This document shows positions 1 to 9,361 of a stretch of DNA of 64,000 nt, piece after piece. A model generated the notes under the pieces. That model saw nothing but the letters and a program-made list of their open reading frames with translations. It made no database searches and had not been told where the DNA came from. Numbering within the stretch: position 1 is the stretch's first letter; every line of letters begins with the position of its first letter. The DNA is taken from NCBI GenBank assembly GCA_963806225.1, contig CAWDXG010000001.1, positions 192,001 through 256,000 of the forward strand, in the 5' to 3' direction. The translations under genes and the position numbers were made by a program. The stretch is from an uncultured delta proteobacterium. GTDB taxonomy: Bacteria > Myxococcota_A > Polyangia > Polyangiales > Polyangiaceae.

Positions 1-538
1 GCGCGAGGTTCTTGTCGACGTTGCAGGGGAAGGCCTTGCCGAGCTCCGCCGCCAGCCGGTCCACCAGCTTCTCCTGCGCGTGCACCACGGGCGCGATACT
101 CATCATGCCGCCCGCGCGCAGATACAGCCGCCCCGGAGCGACGTGCCCCGCGGCCATCATCGCCACGCCGCCAACCACCCGCTCGAGGCCGATCACGTTG
201 CCGAGCTCGTCTTCTGAATCGAGCCCGTTCAAGAGCGGGACGGCTACGCCGTGCTCGCCGAGCGCCGCGCCCGTGCCGGCCGCCACCGCGCCGAGGCCGG
301 ATGCCTTCACCGCGACCAGTGCCAGGTCGGCGCCGAGCCCGCGCGCCTGGTCGATGTGCTCGATGACCGGGCCCCGCCCGACGAGCTTGCCGTGAGGCGT
401 TTCCACCACGAGGCCGTGCTCGCGGATTGCCGCCGCGTGCGCGCCCCGGGCCAGGAACGTGACCTCGTGCCCCGCCAGCGCCAGCTTCGCGCCGAAATAG
501 CCACCGACCGCTCCGGCACCCACCACCAGGATCCGCAT
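1..538 (-). CDS. panE: 2-dehydropantoate 2-reductase (ketopantoate reductase), 3' end runs off the window
   Basis: Translated manually; not in the ORF track. MRILVVGAGAVGGYFGAKLALAGHEVTFLARG (Rossmann GxGxxG), then LVAVKA and VPLLNGL, typical ApbA/PanE motifs. Confidence 0.9.
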   Translation of the reverse strand, partial: MRILVVGAGAVGGYFGAKLALAGHEVTFLARGAHAAAIREHGLVVETPHGKLVGRGPVIEHIDQARGLGADLALVAVKASGLGAVAAGTGAALGEHGVAVPLLNGLDSEDELGNVIGLERVVGGVAMMAAGHVAPGRLYLRAGGMMSIAPVVHAQEKLVDRLAAELGKAFPCNVDKNLA

Positions 539-629
539 GGGTCCCAGCCTAGCAAATCCGCCGCTGTGTCGTGAGCCCAGCTCTGCCGGGAAAATGACTT
601 CCATTGGCCGGCGGTGGCACAATGCGGCC

Positions 630-1957
630 GTGCGCTACGCGCTGACGATAGCTTTTGCCTTGCTTGCCGGCGCCGGGACCCTCTGCGCCGGGCCGGCGCA
701 AGCCGAACCGGCCGCCGCAGCGCCGCGCGCCGACCGTCGCGTGGTGGTGGTGGCGGACGTCACCGACGAACGTCGACCGCCAACGCGCAAATGCGCGCGG
801 CGGTGTTCGAGACCGTGCGCAAGCGCGGCTATTCGCCCGCAGCAGGGGCCGACGTGGACGGCGCGGCGCAGCAGGCCGGCGCCCTGGACGCGGGGCGCGT
901 CAGCACGGCGCCCGCGTCGCTCGGCAAGCTGCGCGATCAGCTCGGCGTCGGACTCGTCATGCGCGTCTCGTCGGAGTGGGTGCGCGGCGACCAGACCGGC
1001 GTGCGGGTCACGCTGGTCACCGCCCAGGGCATGAAGTCCCAGGTCGTCGCTGCACCGACGGTCAATCCGCGTCCCGATGTCGCCAAAGCCGCGGGCGCGA
1101 TGCTCGACTCGCTCATCGGCGAAGAGCCCAAGGCCACGTCGGCGGCGGCTCCGGCGCCTAGCGCGGCTCCCGCGCCCGCCGCGTCCTCGAGCGCCGGGGC
1201 CGCCGGAGCGACTCCGGGCGGCCCCGGCGTCATCCTGCCGAGCTCGCCCGCGCCGGGGGCCGACGAACCGCCGCCGCTGAAGCCGAGCGAGGCGTGGGCC
1301 AAGCGCGGTGGAGTCGTCGCCAGTTACGAGGCGCGCGCCATCGTCACCGGCGCGATGCTCCCCGACACCGCCTATTCCAGCGTGAACCCCGTCACCAAGC
1401 TGACCGAGACCGGAAAGGCGAACACCCTTGGTATCGGCGGCGGGGTCGGCGTGCGGTTGTCCATGCTCTACCTGCCGCTGCCCGATCCCACCACCTCGAG
1501 CGGCAGCTTCGCGGCGTTCCAGCTCGGCACCGGCGTCGATGGCAGCGTGCTCTACGTGCGGCCCCCCTCGGGCTATGCCTACGACATCTCCAACAACAAG
1601 GTGGCCGCTCGCGGTCTCAAGCGCCAGGACCGCGCGTGGCTCTACGCCAACGTACCGCTGCAGCTCGGCGTGCATTTCGGCATCGGGAGCTTCCGCACGC
1701 AGACCATCTGGCGCGGCGTCGTGCTGGGGCTGGTCTACTCGCCCACGTGGACCTACCGGCTCGACATCCAGTCGCTCGACGGGGAAGGCAGGTTCAACTT
1801 TGCCGGCTTCGAAGCGGACCTCGACGTGGCGTCGATCGAAGCGCGCCGCGGCCTCGTCTCCGAATCCCAGATCCGCGTCTCCGCCTACGTCCTGCCGCGC
1901 GTAAAGAGCGACCTGCCGTGGCTCGCGTCGATCGGGATCGGCGCGGTCTGGTACTGA
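630..1957 (+). CDS. Secreted/outer-membrane hypothetical protein with an apparent frameshift near 770
   Basis: The signal peptide (VRYALTIAFALLAGAGTLCAGPAQA) is in the frame of ORF 537..1034 and the body is in the frame of ORF 614..1957. The C-terminus has amphipathic strands ending IGIGAVWY. Confidence 0.6.
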
Positions 1958-2012
1958 CGGTTGGCGAAACCAGAAACCACGCCCCGGCCGCGATGAGCGT
2001 GGGCGCTGTGCG

Positions 2013-2978
2013 CTATTTCCGCTCCAGCCGCTCCTTGCCCAGGCGCGTGTCGGACGGGTTCGCCCAGGTGCCGTCGAGGCGGGTGCCGCTCACGCTGTAG
2101 GCGACGACGCCGGGCGGCGTGCCCTGGCCCCAGCCGACGCTGAGCACGTGATCCTTCAGGATGCCGACGCCGGCGTAGCTGGTGCCCGGGATAGACCAGG
2201 CAAGCTGATACACGTCGCTCTTGTGCGCGATCTTCACGCTGCCGGTGTAGCTGCTGCCGTTGGGGTTCTTCCCGGTCGTGATCTTGTAGGTACCTGACAG
2301 GCCCGGCGGACCCTCGAGCACCTCGCTGCCCACACCGGTTCCGGAGCCGCTCGCCCACACGCCGTCGAGCCTGCCGCCGTTCACCTTGTAGACGACGACG
2401 CCGGGCGCGCCGCCTGTGCTCCAGCCGACGCCGAGCACGCTGCCCACGTGCAGGCCGACGCCGACGTATCCCGCCGAGCCCGTGATGGTCCAGCCGAGGT
2501 GGTACACGTCGCCGCTGCGGGTGATGGCCACGCTGCCCGTGTAGCCCGCACCGCCGCCGGGATTCGCCGCGGCGGCGATGCGATATTGCCCCGCGACGCC
2601 ATCGGGATCCGGCGTGGCGATCGGTGCCGGGGGTGCGGTCTGCGAGCCAGCCGGCTCGTGCAGGCAGCGCGTGGCAGAGGTCTCTTCGCGATCCCCGTCG
2701 TCGTACTGGATCTTCACGCCTCCCTGTCCGTCTGCCTGGTCGACGCGGCCCGGGTAGTACACGCCGCGCGCCTTCCAGTTGCAGATCACACGATCCCCGG
2801 TTGCGATCGGGGCGCCGCACCTGGGTGCGGGCGTGGAGCTGGCTGCCACGGTCGGTGTGGGCGCTGGAGCTGGCGGTGCGGTTGGCCCATGCGTCCCGGC
2901 AGCGGGCTCTGTGCCTGCGAACACGCGCGGCGAGCATCCGACCACGATCACCCCGAGCCCGAGTAGGAAGCTCCGCAT
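2013..2978 (-). CDS. Lipoprotein with a Tudor/Agenet-like domain and two tandem ~95-aa beta domains
   Basis: Lipobox VVGC; GDRVICNWKARGVYYPGRV...IQYDDGDREE; duplicated NP.G..YTGSV.I...DVY.L.W.I...Y.GVG...L.VGW...PGVV.Y.V.G.RLDG.WA unit. Confidence 0.7.
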   Translation of the reverse strand: MRSFLLGLGVIVVGCSPRVFAGTEPAAGTHGPTAPPAPAPTPTVAASSTPAPRCGAPIATGDRVICNWKARGVYYPGRVDQADGQGGVKIQYDDGDREETSATRCLHEPAGSQTAPPAPIATPDPDGVAGQYRIAAAANPGGGAGYTGSVAITRSGDVYHLGWTITGSAGYVGVGLHVGSVLGVGWSTGGAPGVVVYKVNGGRLDGVWASGSGTGVGSEVLEGPPGLSGTYKITTGKNPNGSSYTGSVKIAHKSDVYQLAWSIPGTSYAGVGILKDHVLSVGWGQGTPPGVVAYSVSGTRLDGTWANPSDTRLGKERLERK

Positions 2979-3024
2979 GGCGGTCACGCTAGCCTGGGCT
3001 TGCCGCAGCGTCGAGCGCCGCTGC

Positions 3025-4335
3025 TCACCGATTCCGCACGAGCGTGACCGGCACCGCCACGACGGCGCTGCCTTCCGCCGGAGGATGGAATTCCGCTGCG
3101 CGGGCCCTCTGGACCATGCACCCGACGAGGGTCGGCGACAGGTTGCCGCTGTGGGTCGCGCTCACCTTGTCGACCTCGCCGCCGGCGCCGATCTGCAGCG
3201 TCAGCCGCACCTTGCCCTGGGCGTCTGGATTGCTCTCGATCTCGCGTCGGTAGCAGGCATGGAAGGCGGGGCGCATGCCCAACACGACGCGCTGCGCGTT
3301 GTCCACGGTGCCGACGGTGGTTCTGCTCGCGACCGCGGTTTTCGTCACCGGCCCGGCGACGTGCTGCACGTTGCCGGTGCTGGTGTCCTCCGCACCAGTG
3401 CGTGTGCCGATGCCGGCCAGGCCCTCGTCCGCGCCCGGACGCAACGGCACACCGGATGCTTCGACGTGGAACGGATCCCCGCTGCCCACGCCGGCGCTGC
3501 TCTTCGCGGCCCGGTCCAGTGCGGCCGTCGGGACCTCGTGTCCGCCGAGCACGTCCGCAGTGGCAGGGCGGTTCGACGCCAGCGCGCCAAGGGTCTTCAT
3601 CTCGATGGCATCGAGCTGGTGCTGCAGGCGTGCGGCGCTCGCGGCGCCTGTGTGCGCAGGCGCACCCGCGCGACGGCTACGCGCACCGCGGCGGGCGCTG
3701 CGCGGGGGCGACGCTGGCGACTTCGCTTGCGTCGCCGCCGCCGCGCTTTGTTCTGGCGTCTCGACCGGCGGCGCGGGCAGGGTACGCATCGATTCGATCA
3801 GTCCCGTGACCTGGACACCGTCGTCCACGACCGGGTCGACCCAGTCCGAGAACAGCACGCCCATCAGCCCGAAGTGCAACAGGAACGACAGCGCCGCGAT
3901 GATCATCGTGCCCCAGTCGTCCCGCTCCCGATGCATCACCGAAAGCGGTAACTGCGGGCGCGGTCGTTCCGGTGGCGCCGGCACCAGCTGGAACAGCAGC
4001 GTGGTGCTTCCGATCAGTATCCTGCCGCGCGCATCGCGATCGAGCTCGAGGGGAGGCGACTGCTCTGTCAGCTCGAGCACTTCTCCCGCACACGCCACGC
4101 GTGCCCGCATTCCGGCTCCGGGCACGAGCCGCCAGCTGTCTCCGCGCCGTTCGAGCAATCGGTGCAGGCGCGACGGAGCGCCGGCGGGCAGCACCACATC
4201 CGCGCGCTCGCTGGGCCCGACGGTCAGCATCCCGCTGTCGAGTACGCGCTCCTCGTAGAGGCGGCTCGCGCGCACCACGCCGACTCTGAGCACGCGGGCG
4301 CGCGACAGTCCCGCGGCGCGCATCACCGCGGTCAT
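3025..4335 (-). CDS. AgmX/PglI (GltG-like) TonB-C-terminal-domain membrane protein
   Basis: N-terminus MTAVMRAAG..VLRVGVV..LYEERV, one TM segment (IIAALSFLLHFGLMG), and a C-terminal FHACYRRE...GKVRLTLQIGAGGEV..CMVQRAR.AEF.PP domain. Confidence 0.75.
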   Translation of the reverse strand: MTAVMRAAGLSRARVLRVGVVRASRLYEERVLDSGMLTVGPSERADVVLPAGAPSRLHRLLERRGDSWRLVPGAGMRARVACAGEVLELTEQSPPLELDRDARGRILIGSTTLLFQLVPAPPERPRPQLPLSVMHRERDDWGTMIIAALSFLLHFGLMGVLFSDWVDPVVDDGVQVTGLIESMRTLPAPPVETPEQSAAAATQAKSPASPPRSARRGARSRRAGAPAHTGAASAARLQHQLDAIEMKTLGALASNRPATADVLGGHEVPTAALDRAAKSSAGVGSGDPFHVEASGVPLRPGADEGLAGIGTRTGAEDTSTGNVQHVAGPVTKTAVASRTTVGTVDNAQRVVLGMRPAFHACYRREIESNPDAQGKVRLTLQIGAGGEVDKVSATHSGNLSPTLVGCMVQRARAAEFHPPAEGSAVVAVPVTLVRNR

Positions 4336-4533
4336 GCGACCGGAGGCGGAAGATGGACCTCTCGCCTGCGGTAGCGGTTCGTGCATGGCGGACCCTCCGT
4401 GCGCGGCGCGTCGCCCTGGCGACGGCCTCCAGTCGGCGCCGCGAGCACTCGCTGCTCGCGGCGATAGACCCATGTGACACGCGCGTGCCCAGGAAGTTCC
4501 CGGTGCATCGAGGGGAACGGGTACAATGCCGGC

Positions 4534-5193
4534 ATGAGACCCCGACGCGGATCGACCCGGTGGATGGTGGTGTGCGCGGCTGCGTTCGCCTTGACGGCGT
4601 GCGGAGGGGGCGACAAGGCCGGGGGCGGCAGCGGTGGTACGTCGGGCACCGGTGGTGCTGCGGGTAGTGCAGGCACGTCCAACGGCGGCGCGTCCGGCAG
4701 CGCGGGCGCGGCGGGCAGTGGCGGCGCGGCGGGCAGTGGCGGCACCGCGGGTGGTGGCGGTACGTCGGGCAGCGCGGGCTCCTCGGGCAGTGGCGGTACG
4801 TCGGGCAGCGCGGGCTCCGCGGGCAGTGGCGGCGCGGGCGGCAGTGCGGGATCGAGCGGCACGACGGTGGCGTGCGGCAGCAGCCAGTGCAGCCTTCCGG
4901 GGAAGATCTGCTGCCACCACAATAACCAGCCCGCACAGTGCCAGACCGCGGGAGCTGCCTGTACCTACGGCGTCGTGCTCGCCTGCGACGGACCGGAAGA
5001 CTGCGCGAAGAACCAGGTGTGCTGCGCGACCCTGTTCGTGCAGGGCAAGAACGAGAGCTACGTCTCGACGGCCTGCGCCGCGACCTGCACCGGCAAGACC
5101 GAGCGCGTGGTCTGCGGTGCCAGTGGCCAGTGCCCCAGCGGGCAGGCTTGCTCCACGAGCGATCTGCTCCCGCCCTACCGCGACTGTCGCTAG
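4534..5193 (+). CDS. Gly/Ser-rich, Cys-rich lipoprotein
   Basis: Lipobox LTAC, a GSGG linker, then a Cys-rich domain (CDGPEDC..QVCC). Confidence 0.7.
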   Translation: MRPRRGSTRWMVVCAAAFALTACGGGDKAGGGSGGTSGTGGAAGSAGTSNGGASGSAGAAGSGGAAGSGGTAGGGGTSGSAGSSGSGGTSGSAGSAGSGGAGGSAGSSGTTVACGSSQCSLPGKICCHHNNQPAQCQTAGAACTYGVVLACDGPEDCAKNQVCCATLFVQGKNESYVSTACAATCTGKTERVVCGASGQCPSGQACSTSDLLPPYRDCR

Positions 5194-5205
5194 TTCGCGC
5201 CGTCG

Positions 5206-5232
5206 TGTCACAGCGGGCCGCGCTGTCTCGTC
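5206..5232 (+). promoter_or_regulatory. ECF41 sigma-dependent promoter
   Basis: TGTCACA-N16-CGTC matches the ECF41 promoter consensus as I recall it. It lies upstream of the AhpD-like/sigJ operon, which has an AAGGAG Shine-Dalgarno (SD). Confidence 0.85.
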
Positions 5233-5257
5233 CATCCCGGTGGAAGGAGACAGTGCG

Positions 5258-5803
5258 ATGTTCAAGTGGCTGATACGAAAGCGGATTGCAGCGTTCGAAC
5301 GAGAGTTCGACTACGACCTGGCCTACGCGCGACAAGTGCTCCAGGCGGACACGCGCGCGTTCCTGACGCTGAGCCGCATGCTGGGAATGTCGAGCTATCG
5401 GCGCGATGTGCCCGCCGACGTGAGCTACGCGGTCAAGCTCACCGGCACGCTCGCCGAGGACTGCGGGCCGTGCACGCAGCTGATGGTCACGATGGCGCTC
5501 GGCCAGGGCGTCGCCGCGGGCACGCTGGCGGCGATCCTCGCCGGCGACACCGACCGCATGGGCGAGCCGGTCGCGCTCGGCGTCCGCTTCGCCAGAGCCG
5601 TGCTCGCCCACGACCCGGAAGCGGACGAGCTACGCGACGAGATCCTGCACCGCTGGGGGCCGCGCGGGCTGGTCTCGCTCGCGTTCGGGCTGACGGCCTC
5701 GCGGCTCTACCCCACGCTCAAGTACGCGCTCGGTCACGGCCAGGCGTGCCGCCGCATCGTGGTTGCCGGTGAGCCGGTGAGCGTGGCACGAGTAGCGGCG
5801 TGA
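5258..5803 (+). CDS. Carboxymuconolactone decarboxylase/AhpD-like protein
   Basis: EDCGPC CxxC motif; all-helical composition; GTGA overlap with the ECF41 sigma gene, the usual ECF41 context. Confidence 0.75.
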   Translation: MFKWLIRKRIAAFEREFDYDLAYARQVLQADTRAFLTLSRMLGMSSYRRDVPADVSYAVKLTGTLAEDCGPCTQLMVTMALGQGVAAGTLAAILAGDTDRMGEPVALGVRFARAVLAHDPEADELRDEILHRWGPRGLVSLAFGLTASRLYPTLKYALGHGQACRRIVVAGEPVSVARVAA

Positions 5804-6645
5804 CCCACGACGCCGCCAGCTTCGAGCAGCATCGGCGCTACCTGGTGGGCGTGGCCTACCGTATGCTCGGATCGGTTGCCGAGGCCGAGGACGCGGTGCA
5901 GGACGCGTTCCTGCGCTGGCGGGGCGTCGAGCCTTCCGGCGTCGCTGAACCGCGCGCGTATCTGGCGCGGATCGTCACGCGGCTGTGCCTCGATCGGCTC
6001 AACTCCGCACAGCGTCGGCGCGAGCAGTACGTGGGAACCTGGTTGCCCGAGCCAGTGGTCGGCGAGCCGGCGGCTTCCAACATCTCCGAGGACATCTCGT
6101 TCGCGCTACTCATGACCCTGGAGCGGCTCTCACCGCTGGAACGCGCCGCGTTCCTGCTGCACGACGTGTTCGACATGGCCTACCCGGAGATCGCCGCCGC
6201 GCTCGGGCGCTCCCAGGCCGCGTGCCGGCAGCTGGCCGCGCGCGCCCGCGAGCACGTCAGGAAGGAGCGCCCGCGATTCGAACCCGATCACGGCGCCGAG
6301 GACAGGCTGGTCGACGCCTTTGCAGCAGCGATGACAACCGGCAACGTCGCAGAGCTCGCGGCTCTGCTCGCCGAAGACGCCGTGCTCTACACCGACGGGG
6401 GCGGCAAACGCGTCGCGGCGCTGAACCCGATCTACGGCCGCGACAAGATCCTGCGCTTCTTCAGCGGTGTCTCGAAGAAGCGGCGTCTGTCGACCACCGG
6501 TACGCCGGCACGTGTCAACGGCCTGCCGGGCTTCGTGCTGCACGAACACGGCGACGTCGAGACGCTTGCGCTCGAGATCCGCGAAGGCCGCATCGTGGCG
6601 CTCTACTCGGTCCGCAATCCGGACAAGCTCAGGCACCTGGCTTGA
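5800..6645 (+). CDS. sigJ: ECF41-group RNA polymerase sigma factor (SigJ-like) with a SnoaL-like extension
   Basis: AYRMLGSVAEAEDAVQD, WLPEP, DGGG and NPDKL motifs. Confidence 0.92.
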   Translation: MTHDAASFEQHRRYLVGVAYRMLGSVAEAEDAVQDAFLRWRGVEPSGVAEPRAYLARIVTRLCLDRLNSAQRRREQYVGTWLPEPVVGEPAASNISEDISFALLMTLERLSPLERAAFLLHDVFDMAYPEIAAALGRSQAACRQLAARAREHVRKERPRFEPDHGAEDRLVDAFAAAMTTGNVAELAALLAEDAVLYTDGGGKRVAALNPIYGRDKILRFFSGVSKKRRLSTTGTPARVNGLPGFVLHEHGDVETLALEIREGRIVALYSVRNPDKLRHLA

Positions 6646-6692
6646 GCGGCCGCTTGACGGAGCGGCGAGCATCCGCTCCAGAGCGAGCTCGA

Positions 6693-6770
6693 GTCGACGG
6701 AACCATCGCGCCCGACCAAAGCGACGGGGCGGCAGTCTCCGACCAGCGCATAGCCCTCGATCCGGTTCAC
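6693..6770 (-). pseudogene. Short relic of a GH15 glucoamylase/trehalase N-terminus
   Basis: VNRIEGYALVGDCRPVALVGRDGSVD resembles the GH15 N-terminal pattern RIEDYALIGD..AALVGRDGSIDW. The similarity stops right after. Confidence 0.6.
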
Positions 6771-6872
6771 GATCTTCTGCTCCGCACGCGGCCGCTCCCG
6801 GGACAACCCACGCGATCCCGCGGGGAAGAGGAGCATTCCCCTGGCCTCGGGGCTTTTTGGTACGATGAACCC

Positions 6873-7691
6873 ATGCGCGTGCGCGCGGGGACCAGTGGCT
6901 TCAGCTACAAGGAGTGGAAGGGCAGCTTCTATCCGGACAAGCTGCAAAGCTCCGGGATGCTGCGCTTCTATGCGTCCGCACTCCCGGCGGTGGAGATCAA
7001 CAACACCTTCTACCGGATGCCGAAGCCCGACGTGCTGGCCGGCTGGGCCGAGCAGGTGCCGGCGGATTTCCGCTTCGTGCTCAAGGCATCGCGGCGCATC
7101 ACGCACCAGCAGCAGCTCAGGGACTCGATGGACTCGGTGGCCTACCTGTTCAAGGTCGCGGCCATCCTCGAAGATCGTCTGGGGCCCGTGCTGTTCCAGC
7201 TGCCGCCGTTCCTGAAGAAGAACGTGGAGCTGTTGCGCGACTTCCTGGCAGTTCTGCCGGACGGATTCCGGGCCGCGTTCGAGTTCCGCGAGGCGTCGTG
7301 GTTCGACGACGAGGTGTACGCGGCGCTCGCAGAGCACAATGCAGCGCTGGTCGGCGGCGATATGGACGACCCGCGCCGCGCGCCGCCGCTGGTGGCCACG
7401 GCCGACTGGGGCTATCTCCGCTTTCGCGCGGCCGACTACAGCGAAGCCGATCTGGATCGCTGGGCGGCGAAGCTCGGTGAGCAGCCCTGGCAGGAGGCCT
7501 ACGCCTTCTTCAAGCACGAGACGCGCGGTCCGGAGCTTGCGCTCGCTCTGGACGCCCGCTTCGCCGCCGCGGGTCCCGGCGTGGTCAAGCCGAAAGCCAA
7601 ACGCGCCGGTGTGGTCGCACCCAAGGCCAAACGCCCCGGTGTGGCCAAGCCGAAAGCCAAGCGCGGCAAGCGCCCGGCGCGCTCCGGCTGA
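6873..7691 (+). CDS. DUF72 domain protein with a basic repeat tail
   Basis: GTSGFSYKEWKGSFYP, VEINNTFY, LFQLPP and FEFR motifs. Confidence 0.9.
   Translation: MRVRAGTSGFSYKEWKGSFYPDKLQSSGMLRFYASALPAVEINNTFYRMPKPDVLAGWAEQVPADFRFVLKASRRITHQQQLRDSMDSVAYLFKVAAILEDRLGPVLFQLPPFLKKNVELLRDFLAVLPDGFRAAFEFREASWFDDEVYAALAEHNAALVGGDMDDPRRAPPLVATADWGYLRFRAADYSEADLDRWAAKLGEQPWQEAYAFFKHETRGPELALALDARFAAAGPGVVKPKAKRAGVVAPKAKRPGVAKPKAKRGKRPARSG
7578..7667 (+). repeat. 3 x 30-bp imperfect tandem repeat encoding GVxxPKAKRx
   Basis: GVVKPKAKRA / GVVAPKAKRP / GVAKPKAKRG. Confidence 0.8.
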
Positions 7692-7819
7692 GAGCGACGC
7701 GTCCCACGCCCGCGCGGCGTTGACGATGCTCAACGAGATCAGGGCTGGACGCCAACAACTGCACGGCGGCCGAGCGCGATCGGCTTGACCCACGGGGCAG
7801 GGACGGACGACGCTTGGGC

Positions 7820-8374
7820 ATGCGGCTCACGCGAGCACTTGCGCTGCTTTCCGGAACGCTGCTGCTGTGCTTCTTGCCGGCGTGCGGCGCGAGCACCCAG
7901 CCGGACTCTACGCCGAAGCCGATGCCCGGCTTCCAGCTGGTCGACGTGAACCCCGCCTCCGCCACCTACCAGCAGACACTGTCGCCCGGCCATTTCAAGG
8001 GTCAGGTTTCCGCGTGGTACTTCGGTCACTCCACCTGAGGCTACTGCCGTAGCCAGTTCGGCTACCTGGACCAGCTGGAGAAGGAGCTCGACCAGAAATC
8101 CACTGCGCTGCGCGTGCAGATCCTGGGCATCGACGCGGTCGGGCTCGAGTCGGGCAACGCGGACATGACCAGCGGTCGGGTGCTGCCCTGGCTTCAGGAC
8201 ACTCCGAGCGAGGAAGTCTGGACGAAGTGGCACGTCACCTATCGCGACGTGGTGATCCTCGATCCGGACGGCTATCGCGTGGGGGTCTACAATCTGACCG
8301 AGCACGATCTGGCCGACTCAGCCAACTACGCGGCGCTGGAGCAGCGCCTGGTCGACGCGGCCAATCCGCCCTGA
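7820..8374 (+). CDS. Putative selenoprotein: lipoprotein thioredoxin-fold redoxin (TlpA/AhpC-TSA-like) with a UxxC motif
   Basis: ORFs 7814..8038 and 8114..8374 are in the same frame, separated only by TGA 8036-8038. Read-through gives [25 protein letters not shown]...VQILGID...LPWLQD...[13 protein letters not shown]. Lipobox LPAC. Confidence 0.8.
8049..8065 (+). promoter_or_regulatory. Putative bacterial SECIS hairpin
   Basis: GTAGCC-AGTTC-GGCTAC: a 6-bp stem whose GU-containing apical loop starts 16 nt after the in-frame UGA. Confidence 0.6.
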
Positions 8375-8453
8375 GCGGCCGGCGCGCGCGGGCGCGTTGC
8401 GTCGCCCCCTGGTCGGCAGGCCCCCGATCGGTGCTAGGCTCCGCGCCCTCGCC

Positions 8454-9359
8454 ATGTATTTCCAGGATCTGATTCTGACGCTGCAGCGTTTCTGGGCCGA
8501 GCGCGGCTGCCTCGTGGTGCAGCCGTACAACTCCGAGCTCGGCGCCGGCACGTTCAACCCCGCCACCTTCCTGCGTTCACTCGGGCCCGAGCCGTGGAAC
8601 GTCGCCTACGTGGAGCCCTCGCGCCGCCCGACCGACGGACGCTACGGCGACAACCCCAACCGTCTGCAGCAGTTCCACCAGTTCCAGGTGATCCTCAAGC
8701 CCAATCCCAACGACATCCAGGATCAGTACCTGGAGTCGCTGGTCGCCCTCGGCACCGATCCGTTGCACCACGACGTGCGCTTCATCGAGGACGACTGGGA
8801 GAGCCCGACGCTCGGCGCCTGGGGGCTCGGCTGGCAGGTGTGGCTCGACGGGCTCGAGATCAGCCAGTTTACCTACTTCCAGCAGGTGGGCGGCTTCGAC
8901 TGCAGGCCGGTGAGCGGCGAGCTCACCTACGGCCTCGAGCGCATCGCGATGTACCTGCAGGACGTCGATAACGTCTACGACCTCCAGTACGACGCGAACG
9001 TGAAGTACGGCGAGATCTTCAAGCGCGCCGAGTGGGAGTGGAGCACGTACAACTTCGAGGAGGCGGACGTGAAGGCTCACTTCGCCGCCTTCGAGCACGC
9101 CGAGGCGGAAGCCAAGCGTCTGCTCGAGCGCGGCGAGGAGCCGCTGGAGAAGCTCGTTCTGCCCGCCTACGACATGGTCACCAAGGCGTCGCACGCTTTC
9201 AACGTGCTCGACGCGCGCGGCGCGATCGGCGTGACGGAGCGCCAGCGCTACATCCTGCGAGTGCGTACGCTGGCGCGCGCCGTCGCGGCGGCGTGGATGG
9301 CGCAGCGCGAAGCGCTGGGCTTTCCGTTGATGAAGCAGGCTTCTGAAGCCGCGGAGTAG
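8454..9359 (+). CDS. glyQ: Glycine--tRNA ligase alpha subunit
   Basis: [52 protein letters not shown]. Confidence 0.97.
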   Translation: MYFQDLILTLQRFWAERGCLVVQPYNSELGAGTFNPATFLRSLGPEPWNVAYVEPSRRPTDGRYGDNPNRLQQFHQFQVILKPNPNDIQDQYLESLVALGTDPLHHDVRFIEDDWESPTLGAWGLGWQVWLDGLEISQFTYFQQVGGFDCRPVSGELTYGLERIAMYLQDVDNVYDLQYDANVKYGEIFKRAEWEWSTYNFEEADVKAHFAAFEHAEAEAKRLLERGEEPLEKLVLPAYDMVTKASHAFNVLDARGAIGVTERQRYILRVRTLARAVAAAWMAQREALGFPLMKQASEAAE

Positions 9360-9361
9360 GC

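Noticed and set aside
3025..5265. 746-aa version of the AgmX-like ORF
   Set aside because: The N-terminal ~310 aa is antisense to the lipoprotein at 4534-5193. The real start is more likely 4335.
8036..8038. TGA as a simple nonsense mutation or a genome-wide UGA recoding
   Set aside because: Many other genes end normally at TGA, so there is no global recoding. The position at the redox Cys plus the downstream hairpin favours Sec over a pseudogene.
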